The position numbers were made by a program, and so were the translations under genes. From Pelomyxa schiedti (taxonomy: Eukaryota > Protista > Evosea), in the NCBI GenBank assembly GCA_020536535.1, contig JAHLWZ010000721.1:1-64000 (forward strand): a stretch of 64,000 nucleotides of DNA, written 5' to 3'. The notes below the pieces were generated by a model. The model had not been told where the DNA came from. It was given only the letters and a program-made list of their open reading frames with translations, and ran no database searches. Positions 48,230-59,334 of this stretch are shown piece after piece (position 1 is the stretch's first letter; every line of letters starts with the position of its first letter).

Positions 48230-51070
48230 ATGATGCTTACGTACGAGACGATGGCCGGGGAGGTGGTCGTTACGTGCGCGTTTGCGTTGTCGATCTCGTG
48301 TTCCACGCTGTACTTGATGAACAAGACTTTACCCAAGTCTTACAGGCTGTGGAACATCCCTGTTTTCCTTGCTGGTTTGAAATGACGGCCAACCTTTTTT
48401 TTTGATTTTTTTTCTTTTTTTTTTTTATGTGACATTGGTTCAAGGTATCGCATTGTCTGCAACATCTTTGACCGTTATTGATTTCACCAAGATGCTTGAC
48501 CCAATGGTAATTGTGTTGATATTTCTGCCTCCGATATTATTTCAGTCTGGGCTTGAAATGGACTTCCACGTTTTTAGGAGGCTGGCCTTTCAATCCATCC
48601 TTCTGGCTGGACCAGGTATCCTCATTGCCAGTGCCTTTTATGTATTTAACCAAGTAAGGTGTATTAATTAGTGCTGCCTTGACTGCAGTCTTGGCTAAGT
48701 ATGCATTTTTTAATTACTATTGGGACTGGGATGAATGCTTTTTACTTGTGTGGTCCTCAAATTAATTCCTCATTTAATCTGTTTTCAACAAAGGGAGCCG
48801 CTCTTGCAGCCACTGATCCTGTGTCAACTATTGCCACCGTAAAAAAATTGGGTGCTTCACCACGTTTAAGTGTTCTCATTGAAGGTCTTTAATAGTTTGA
48901 ACACCCAGTTCTCTTACATCTAGTGAAGGTGAAGCATTACTTAATGATGGCACGGCTATTGTTCTTTTTGCCATTGTGGAAGGAGTGCTTATTGAAAATT
49001 CACTTTCACTTTCCTCTGTCCTGCTTACGTTCTTGAAGGCATCCCTTTTACATCGGAGTGTGCGCTAATATTATCCTAGTTAACTGGTGGAGGCATAGTA
49101 ATGGGCCTTGTCATGGCCGTTATTACACACACAGTAATTTCCTCCATACACAAAAAGCCAATCCTTGAGATCACTACACTTATCACTGCAGTTTTTTCGA
49201 CAATGTTTATATCAGGTACAACGACTTCTTTTCATTTTTTCAATGTAACCTGTTTTCAGAATACCTTTCCGTTTCTGGAGTCCTTGCTGTTGTTACATTT
49301 GGTCTATATGCTGCAAATACAAGACAAATTGGACTCAGCCTCAGCACTCATGAAGTTTGTACTGAAGGAATCAATAAAATCAACTAATACACCAGTAACC
49401 AGGCCAATTCCATTGTCTGGCAACAGTTGGAATATGTCATCAACTCACTAATTTTCCTATTTTCTGGTGTGATCGTTTTTCACTCACTACGGTTTGACAC
49501 TACCGGATGGGACTGGCTTAACATGGGGATTCTTTTTCTAGGGCTGCAGGTAAATACCATACTGCATTTCAGCCAATTCACTTTATTATCCACAGATTAT
49601 TCGAGCAATTACAATTCTGGTACTGGCACCAGTTTTGGCCATAACAGGATATGGATTTGATAGAAAAAAATTCGTCATGCTCTGGAGTGCGGGCCTACGT
49701 GGCGGCGTCTCACTGTCTCTTGCGCTTTTCGCTTCAAACAATCAAAACTTTGAATTGGAGTTCCGTAATCACTTTGTGGACCAGGTATGCAATTGAAACA
49801 GACTAAATAGCCTCCTGACGAACCACCACTTTCAGGTCATTGGTGTTGTTTTTCTCACCTCAGTTATAAATGGTTCTTTGGCCAAACCACTCTACCAGCT
49901 GTTGAGATTTGATGTTGTAAACCCCCAATGTATCGACTCTTTCTCTTTTGCACTCAAGGAGCTGGAAAAGTGCTTTATCCTCCACTTAAGAAGTAGGGAG
50001 ATTAACTTTTGTCAAATAGATCGACTTCCGATTTCATAGATAGCCTGAAAACTAGGAAAATTTTTGGTGCTGCCAACTTTCACATCATTGAGGAAGCAAT
50101 TCCTCGGGTCACAGCCCTGGAAGGAAAAATTGTAATAGAATGGAAGAGTGACTTCAGTTTATGGAAGCGCCTCCTCGATACACAGATCCTTGAAGAAGAG
50201 CGAACCAGAGTGGAACGAGCAAGTGAGAGTGACGATGACAGTAGCTCCAGCGACGACGATGATCGCTACAGCCGGGCTGCTTCGTCAGTAGTGGAGGAGG
50301 AAGGAAGCTCTCTTCCTACCGCTGAGCTTGATGACAGAAGTGCATCAGTGACCAGTACTCTGGTGAGTCACAACTGTCGTTACTGAGTTGTCTCCACCCA
50401 CTCACTTTTGTCTTCTTCAAGGCCAGCTCACTCTTTGTCAGAATTCTCAAGGAGAACATAATACAAATTTCTCAATCGGACGAGTGCCTGACGCCGCACA
50501 AACTTCCTGACTTGATTGGATTCATAGATGAAGTACGCCGACCCTCTGTGGTCTTCCAACTGGCACACGAAGAGCTAAGAAGGACATTTCACCCTCCATT
50601 CGTATGTATAAGGTTTCCTCGTGTCCTTATCTAATCTTGGTTTTAACAAAAAGGAATTGCCGCGGATCCAATCCGTTCCATTGCTTAAATATGCCTCACT
50701 GTATTTACAATTTAAACATGTACGGCACACAGTGACTCATTGCAACGGGTTGCTGAAGGCCTTTGATGATGCCGCCCACACAGCAAGCGCACTCACAGGG
50801 GCTACTTTTGATCACCAAGTGGAAGACCTGTGGCAGGAAGTGGACCAAGAGCTGGGGACCATCAAGCACGATTACCCAAAACTGTACTTGCTTGTAGTTA
50901 CTTCAGCAGTAGTCAAGATGGTTCTGCACTTCAAGAAGAACCACCTTGAGCACCTGAAGTGCCGCGGTCTCATTGATGAGAAAACACGTGACCTAGGCAT
51001 GAGGACTTGCAACGTTGTATACAGAAGTATGCTTCTAAAACACCCCAACAAACATACAAAAAAGAACTGA
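48230..51070 (+). CDS. Na+/H+ antiporter, CPA1, NhaP/SOS1-like type with helical cytosolic tail
   Basis: IFLPPILFQSGLEMDFHVFRR...LLAGPG, ATDPVSTIATVKKLGASPRLSVLIEGEALLNDGTA, SGVLAVV, EYVINSLIF, WSAGLRGGVSL. Confidence 0.9.
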
Positions 51071-51435
51071 CACCTCTGCAAACAATCCCAGAGTTGCACT
51101 CAATACCCCTGATGTGGCATTTCGCCAAGTGGATATTTTCCAGTGTAGAACAAGCAGCTCTTCTCAACTGAATTCACAAAACACCACCCATTTTTGTTGT
51201 AAACGAAAAATCCTGGTATTTATCCCTCTGTCACAGAAAAGCACATGCCGCTATTTCCCCACAAAAAACAAAAAAAAAAGGGGGGAGAGGGAAGTACCTA
51301 TCTTATTGGTATTGGGCACCTCTTGGCTTCACTCATCACCACCCCTCCCCTTTGGCAACCACCACAAGAAACCATTTCAGGGCTGTGTATGTGGACTGAT
51401 TGGTGTCTTCCGAGAATCTCATTGTAGACAGGGTG

Positions 51436-53058
51436 ATGGCCAACTTCGCTGGGCGGTTCAAGGCGGCTGGGTGTGCTACGCTGGTAATGGTGGGAATTTT
51501 GGCGGTAATGGTGGGTCTGTTGGTGTCGTTCGAGAGAGCGGACCCCTTCGCCGACCAACGGTCGCCCCTTCTGCAATATGACCTCGTTGTGGACAGTTTC
51601 CCTCAGTCGCAATCGTGGGCCGATGCCATGGCACGTATGGTTTTTTTTCCCTGTTACCAACTTTCCCCCCCCCTCCTTACTGTCAAATTATTGGCATGCT
51701 CATGCACAGTATGTCTTTTTAATACTGTACTGACCTGGGATAATTAGAGGCTGGAGTTGTGTGCCACTATTCTTCGGGAGTGGTGACAAGTTTTTGGGAC
51801 ACCAATTTGACTGTGTGGGTACTGGGACGCACTCTTGACTTCGCCTCCTCAGGCTCAAGGTCCTACGTAATTGACACGTCGGCACTTCTCTACAACGGAG
51901 TTGTTCCCAATTCCACACTGCTCGATGTGGCGTACTATCTCAGTGGTGGAGTGGCTGAAAGTGCTGTGGAACCTTCTTTAGGTATCCTCCACTCCCTCCA
52001 TTTCGTTATCCCTCACTGTGATCGGGAGTAAGACCAAGGACTATATTCTATCGAGCCCAGGTCTATTGTAGCTATTTCCTCCGTCCAGGCTGTGATGTAT
52101 TACGAGGTTCAGAAATACAACAAAAAAAAGAGAAGAGGCATTGACCAGTAGCCAGGTAAAGCTTCGAGATACGGGCTCGCACTATCGGTATTCAGCAGGC
52201 CTGTGGACCTATAACCCCTCCAGTGGCTTAGCTTTTCAACAGTACACATTAAAGTCACTTTCCTCACGGCACTAATGAAATTCAGGCTAACTACCAATGG
52301 GAACAATAAAAGTTGCCCAATAGCTTCTGTTCTTAATCAAGAGAAGGATGTGGTTTACCACTTTTTCAATGACTGGGTTGGTATGACAAACGAATCTTCG
52401 CACCCTACGAACAACACTTACCACAGTGAACAGACTCCGCGTTTGTGGTCAAAGTTGCCCAAATAAACATATCAGATATTGCAACTAGCCCCTTTGAATA
52501 TCAATTTCTGAGACGGGGTTCAGAATTCTCTGAATCTATTTCCCTAGCCTTGTCTAAACCTGTGATAACCACTGCTGAATCGATGGTTAGTTTATCACCA
52601 TCTTTTCACTCTTCTGAGGCTTCAGTGCATTGACGTGTTCTTATCATATGTCAAAATAGATAGCCGTCAACTACAATAAGTTTCTTGAAAGATATTTGGT
52701 CATTACTATATCCAGTAACGGACGTAATATCATAGCCAGAACAGCAACAGTACCGTGGGGAAGGTACTCAGATAAAGTTATATTTCCTTACCCTGACCTG
52801 GGTTCTTTGAGGATCCGTTCTGTATGTATTGCAATTCCGAACCCTAGCACTCATTTCTCCCTCACAGGTGCAGATTTTGCCCTCCCAAGAAGCAGAAAAC
52901 ACTATTCTCGTATCTTGCGATGTAGCTGGGCATTCCTATGGGCCTCCTTATCTCCTCAGGTTATCCCTGCTATAAAAGATGGGAGACCCAACCAGACCCT
53001 GTGGGCACTTCATTTTTTATGGCTGGGCAGCCTCCAGGAGGCTCGGACTGTTTTGTAA
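51436..53058 (+). CDS. Hypothetical membrane-anchored or secreted protein, multi-exon; 3' end approximate
   Basis: N-terminal hydrophobic helix LVMVGILAVMVGLLVSF, then plus-strand exons 51759-52031, 52275-52466, 52445-52633, 52696-53058. Confidence 0.5.
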
Positions 53059-53232
53059 CATGAGATTGTAAATGGGATTATGGGCTTGTCTGTATGGGTA
53101 TTGCCTGCCGCAAACACCCATGCAAGCAACTTTTTAGAGGTTCCACAAAAACCTCACCAACACATTAAAAAAAAGAAAGAACTATCACAAGTGTGTTTTT
53201 ATTTTACAGCGTTGATAATACACACAGTACTA

Positions 53233-56200
53233 TTACGCTAGCTTTTTTTCTTCAGTGAAAATATCCTTGAAGTGTTCCCAAAGGTACTTGAAGAGTGATG
53301 CGAAGAATGCAGTTACATCCGCCACTATAATTTGGAGGTGATTAAAAGGAAAGGAGTACCATAAAAAGCATAAAAAAACAACATTAAAACAGAAGGAGGC
53401 AAAAGAGGATGGAGGATGACACACAGTTGATACAGAGGTCATCAGTACAGAATGGGTGGGACTTAAATAGTACACCCTCGATGTGCAACCTGAAACTAGT
53501 GTTCATGATATCAGCAGAGTCAAGGCTGAACATTATTGTCATTTCGTTGATGCGCAACAAGTTGCGTGGGTCAAGTGCATCAAGGAAGTCAACAAAATCA
53601 GCAAAGCCTTCAAGAGCACCCTGTGCCCTCAAGCAACAAGCACGTGCTTGCAGAAGTTGCTTTCCAAGGTCACCATTGATGAGCTCTTTGAAGGCCGCAA
53701 CCACTTTTTCCCTGCTTTCTTCACGTGTGATATACATGTGGCCCAGCACTGCTTTTGCTTGTGTGAGGTGCATGTATGCTGCGCGGCCAAGCTCTTGAAC
53801 TTCTCTGCTTTGTGTCTGGCTTAGTTGGGGGTAAGAGTTGCAAACTGTTTGGCCGGGGTTGTAAGGTTGGATTGCAAAACACAACTCCTGAAATAAATCC
53901 TGAAGAGCGGTGCGTCCAATGATGGTGCTTACCTTCGAGAAGAAGGCGCTAAGGTGGGAGATTCCTCCCCCCATGAGAGCATAAATACTGGAAATGAATT
54001 GCCTTGTTTCTACGGCAATCTTTGATGGTGGAATTGACGGAATTTTGAACTGTTTTGTACTTTGTAGTAGCTGGTTCACTTCTTGTCGATTGTGTGCAGG
54101 CAGAAAAGAAAGGAAGGAAAGAATGACTGGGGTCAACTTCCTGAACACTTCAAGGTGGTTGTTCAGTTCCGATGCCTTGAAAGCAGCTGTAACAACCCTG
54201 GCAATCGTATCGATAATGGACCAACAGCAGGATTGAAGCTCCTCACATGTTCTGCTGTACTGGAGCAAAGATAGTGCTTTCTCAATGCAAGAAATAAAAG
54301 GAGAGTCAGTGGTGCTTATGTGTGAAAACTGAACGAGAAGTTTGATGCACGGTGTGCCATTCAGCTTTGAGATGTAGCTCCGAATGAGTACCAACTGAGT
54401 CTTGGAAAGCTCAATGAGCTTTTTGAGGTTCTCCGAGGAAGAGAGTGCCTGCGAAGCAGCAACAAAACAGTTTGTTGCTCGCACCACGTCGTTGACTGAG
54501 GCCTGTCCCTGCAATGCGGCACATGCGGCCAGGAATTCCTGCATCTTCTCGTTGCCGATGATATTATCTATGCCAGCGAGGGTCGCTTGGATAAGCCTCC
54601 CCACACAGTCTAATGCGGAGTTAACAAGGAGGTTCACTGATTGCAGGAGGTCTTGCACGTGATCTGGCTGTTGCTCAAGGTTGGCCTGCAGTTTCTTTGC
54701 TGCATTACTTGCATCTTCTAACTCATTAGATGCTTCAGTGACCTCTTTTTCTCGTTGTTCTTGGAGTTTGCGTAAAGCATCACCCAATTCCTGCAAAGAC
54801 TTGCATTAGCGTAAAGGTTTTCTTGTTGCAAACATACATTTGATTTGGAGTTCAGGCTATTGCTTGCCTGATTGACTGCACTCTGGGCGCCCTCTACCGC
54901 GGATTTAGCCTTATTTACTGCCACGTGATACCCCGCAGCAACAGCCCCAGCAACGGGCAGTGCAAGAAGTACTGGGGGGAAAATCCAACCTAAAATTGTG
55001 GCTGCACCTGCACTCCCCACCGCCACTCTTGATTGGAAGAGGGAACGTTCGGCATCTTGCAAATCCTTTTGTGCTTTGGCCAACTTTTGTTGCTCATTCT
55101 GTGTCATTGTCAAATTTTGGGGGAAACACTTGAACTACAAACCTCAAGAGCACACAGGAGAGGTGCGACAGCAAGGTCTTTTTTCCTGCTTTCTTCTTCA
55201 ATTATCTTACTCCACGACGTCTCTGCAGCCCGAATTTTAGCTTTGCAGGTATCCATGTCTGAAACTGCTTTGGACACTTTCTGTACGAGCTCCTCAGTGA
55301 TTCCAGACTTGTATGAAGCTGCTTCCAGGTTTATGAGAAGTGTGTTGATCTCAGTGAAGTCCTGTTGAATCACCTCAATGTCATTACGGCGCTGCTTGAC
55401 ATCAGCCATGAACAACTCATCCCGTTCAATGAATTCATTGCAGGCAGCAGTGATCTTCCTCCGAAAAGTATCCTCTGCAACCCTGACCTTTTGTTCTGCG
55501 ATACCAATGTCCGTCGCATTTGCGCGCGCAGCATTCCTAGCAAACTGAAGGACACCATCGCTTACAGTGTCCGAGGTATCCTTGAATGACCCCACAAACT
55601 CAATCTTGATTCCTGCCAGATCTCTGATGTTGCCTTCGAGCTTGCATTTTAGGTCGAGCATGAAATTGCCAATGTAAAGGTTGCCTTCGAGGTCGATACC
55701 ACTTGAATCAATCTTCACGAACACCCCAATAGAGAAGATGTCAGCCACCTCCAGAGCACCATCAATCAGGAATTCTGGTAGTTTGCTCGTGCTCACAAGG
55801 AGGTGGAACTTTGGGTCAGCACCATTCTTGCCGTGCACTTTCAGGGGGCCAATCTGGAAGTGCTCCACACTCCCATCAACCTGGCAGAGGTTGGTGCTGA
55901 GGCGTGCATAAACTTCTGCCTTTTTCGAAAGGATGGTTGCTTGACAGTGGAACGAGAAGCCTTCCTGAAACTTTAGTGCGCCAATGTAACCACCATTTGG
56001 CCCGGCAAGGCAAACTGATAGGTTTTGAAAGGAGAGAACATTTGGCGATATGTTTGTGAGAGAATCGGGGAGGATATTACCCATCAGTGAAGTAATTCCA
56101 CTGAACAGGTCTGCAAGTGAAAGGCCTTGAATGGCGCAAACAAGAAGCATGTCATTGGGGTTTGGGCTTAACATGAATCCTAGCTTCCCTGTGATATGGC

Positions 56201-57983
56201 CCAGTTCCAGCTCACCGTAAATGCCCACTTTCGGGCCTGGCTGCGGTGATCCAAATTCTATCCCCAGCTGCGCTGCCAGAGGCCCAACAGAAAGTTTGTT
56301 AATGCCAAATGGATGTTTCCATTTGGAAAGCATTGTAAGAGAGCCACTGAACGATGTCGGAGACACTTCTATGAGCGCCTTAAACTTCAGAGTTTGTTCG
56401 TTTACACTTGATCCCACCACTGCATTGGCATCAAATTCCAGCACAAGTTGGGGCATCTTCTCAAGGTCAATGTACACATTGATGGATTCACAGGTTAGCC
56501 CATCACAAAGCGTGATGTTGAGTGGCGTTTTTGGGGATAATGAAATTCTTCTAGGTGTAGAAGAATATGACAAGATGAGTGTCCCAGCTCCCTCTTGCAT
56601 CCCCAGTTTGCGGAGGGCACTGTTGAGTGCTGAAATCTCAAGCTCAGCAAACATAGCAAAACCTTCTTTAATCGGTTTAATTGGGAGGCTGTCTGGCAGG
56701 GGCACTGTGTTTGGCACTTCAGCTGATGCCCATGATGCACCAAAAGCCAAGGAAACGTCTGGCAGTACAGAGCACAGGCTATTAAAATTGAAGCCTTTCT
56801 CTAGTGCATAGACAACATATTGCGGCTGGTTGGAAGTGTCGACAAATCTTGCTGCACCTACACTTACATCCACGCCAAACAAGGAGGCCACACCATAAAT
56901 TGCACACTGCACTGGTTCATTTTTGTGCACAATCAGCTTCAGTCTTGCTTCTTTAATGGTGAGGCCAACCACAGTGAATGAGCCCTGAAAGGAGAGGTCA
57001 ATATCAAGTCCTGCATCATGGCCTGTGGGTTTGAACTTGACCGTGCCCTCAACATTTTCTGTGTTATCATAAATACACTTCACCACCAACTTCACACCCT
57101 GCTCCACTGGCACACCTCGTCCAATAACACCACTTGCAGAGGAAAGTGATATTTCAATGTGTCGGAAAAAGAGAAGTGAGCCATGGTTGCTGGCATCAGG
57201 AAGCTCAGTGGATGGGGAGAGGCTGCGGAAGAAAGCAACGATATCACCCCAGTAGAAGTTTTGCACAGTTGCCTGAACACCTGTGATGGCCTTGCTCAGG
57301 GTTCCATCAAGAGAGATTTGAAATTGGCTCTGTTCTGGCCCGCGGAGCAGCTCAATGGTTGCCCACAGCTGCAGTGTGGCCGATGACCACGCACCGGCCT
57401 CCACAAGAAAGGTGACACCTGTGTTGCCAATGGTGAGTCCATCAATGCCAAAGGCATTGGACCACTGCTCCACCGATGCACATACCAATACAGCCTCTTT
57501 CTGAAGGTTAACGGCAAGGGAGCCTTTCATCCTGAGCACCGAAGATTGGCTGAACTTCACAGCAAGTGCGCCACGCAGCGCAATGCCGCAGTCGGTGCAG
57601 GCGTAGCGCCCCTGATATATATCGTATCTGGAAACCAAGAACAGCTCCAATGCCGCGTCTTCCAGCGAGATGTCGTCGCTCAGCGGCACACTGGTTTCAA
57701 GCGACGCAGTGAGTGTCAGGTCGCCAAAGTCCGGCACGCCACCAGCTGCGGGGCACTTTGCAGTGAACCGCAGATTGTCGAGGTGCAGCCCCGACATGAC
57801 ACGGGTGAGGACCGAGGCGGTCTTGCCATCGAGGCAGGCGGAGAAGCTGGCCTCGAAATGCTCGTTGCTGTTGAGCTTGAATGACAGCTCGGGGGCCACC
57901 GCGTTCACGAGGGCGCCGACGGCGCTGTCGAGGAGGCCGCTGCTGGTGATGTGTTTGAGAAGAGCGCTCCCGCTAGCTGACAT
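53233..57983 (-). CDS. Large (about 1500 aa) protein: beta-strand-rich N-terminal region, coiled coils and a central hydrophobic hairpin
   Basis: ORFs 55110-57983, 54718-55113 and 53384-54796 are joined by short GT-AG introns (gtttgt..cag near 55102-55143; gtatgt..gctaat..cag near 54791-54837), with a probable last exon ending at 53233. Confidence 0.8.
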
Positions 57984-58219
57984 TTGTATTCTGTAAGGGA
58001 ACTAGATGCCCCCAAATAAATCGCGCTGCAAAAGCGACGGTCTAGCGTTTATTTTATTGTACCAACTAAGGAGTTCCGGATGATTATTGATTATTTTGTT
58101 CTCGAGTACTCCCAACTTTGTTCTCCCAAACAGGAAAGTTGGTTTTTGGTGGTTGCGTTGTTAATGGGGTAGAGGCGGGCAGGTTTTCCAGACTGAGTGG
58201 GTGGAAGTGTGTATGCACC

Positions 58220-59089
58220 TCATGGAGGAAATTGAAAACCCTCAAGCAGCTGGTGCACCACAAGCAACTGTACAGTGTTAACTCCTGTTGGGCCAGAGAA
58301 AAGTCTTGCATTCACTGGCTTTTTTGCCATGTGGGCAAGAACGTCTCGCCAGTTAGTAAAATTGCACAGTTCAGCACCAACACCTGTAAAATACAAGCGG
58401 AAGGCGGAGTGCAATAAATCTGGCCTCACTTCTTCCAAGAGCGCAGTTGAAAGCCAAACCCGTTTTGGTGGTTCCCCATAGAAGTATCCAGTGCAGTAGG
58501 TCTGACCCCATATCCCAGAGTTAAGCCTGTTTAGTTCAACAAAAGTCAAGAAGCCAAAGAAATCAGTGATGGCTTCATCTGGGGTGGACAGTGTTTGGAG
58601 ATCCCCAAGTGACACACCCTGCAAACCGTTGCCCAAGTGTGACTGAGAGTGGAAGTATTCATGTATGATGGTAGATGCAATCTTCGGTTCTCCACCGGGC
58701 TCATATTCTGCGTTGTGAGCGTTCAGGTATATCCTGCCCAGGAGTGTAAAGGCTGGTGGGCACTGGCTCTGCCTCAGGAGTTTGATGTCATCAAGTTCTT
58801 TACTCAACTTTGTTTTTTGTTCTGGGGCAGAAAATTTGGCCTTTGCCACGTCTTCAAGTCTTTTTCGATAAGCACACAGGTAGTGGCTGATGTTTAGAAC
58901 GTACACGACTACGTTGTTTGGGTTGACATATTCATGATCAGTGGTAAAATCGAGTTCCTGCAACACAGGTGCCTCTGGAGGATTGGCATACTGTGCAATA
59001 AGAACCGCTGCAGTTCTAGCTATGTATGGCTTGATTCTCGCATACGCGTCGCGGGCCATTTCCTTCACTCGCTCTGCTGGCGTGTTCAT
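58220..59089 (-). CDS. Intronless zincin-like metallopeptidase (HEXXH + distal Glu)
   Basis: GRIYLN...STIIHEYFHSQSH...PDEAITDFF...Y; ATG 59089 (MNTPAE). Confidence 0.75.
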   Translation of the reverse strand: MNTPAERVKEMARDAYARIKPYIARTAAVLIAQYANPPEAPVLQELDFTTDHEYVNPNNVVVYVLNISHYLCAYRKRLEDVAKAKFSAPEQKTKLSKELDDIKLLRQSQCPPAFTLLGRIYLNAHNAEYEPGGEPKIASTIIHEYFHSQSHLGNGLQGVSLGDLQTLSTPDEAITDFFGFLTFVELNRLNSGIWGQTYCTGYFYGEPPKRVWLSTALLEEVRPDLLHSAFRLYFTGVGAELCNFTNWRDVLAHMAKKPVNARLFSGPTGVNTVQLLVVHQLLEGFQFPP

Positions 59090-59334
59090 TTTTAGTTGAA
59101 GAATAGAAAAAACCACCGAGAAGCAAGAATTGATTAGTAGTATCAAGTTGGTCCGAACAATTGTCCTTCTGATTTCCAGGAAAGGCTGAGAGCAACCCAG
59201 GGACGGCATCCTAGGTGGTAGGGCTCTTCCTGAGAGCTCTTGACTACAACTCTTCTTGAGAGAGGATTTGATTTGTCCGGTCCCAATAGCCAGTTGTGAG
59301 GTCCATTCTGCTAAAGAAGAACAAAGCCATCACA

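Noticed and set aside
54718-55143. Apparent programmed frameshifts between three overlapping ORFs
   Set aside because: Explained by short canonical GT-AG introns that restore the frame.
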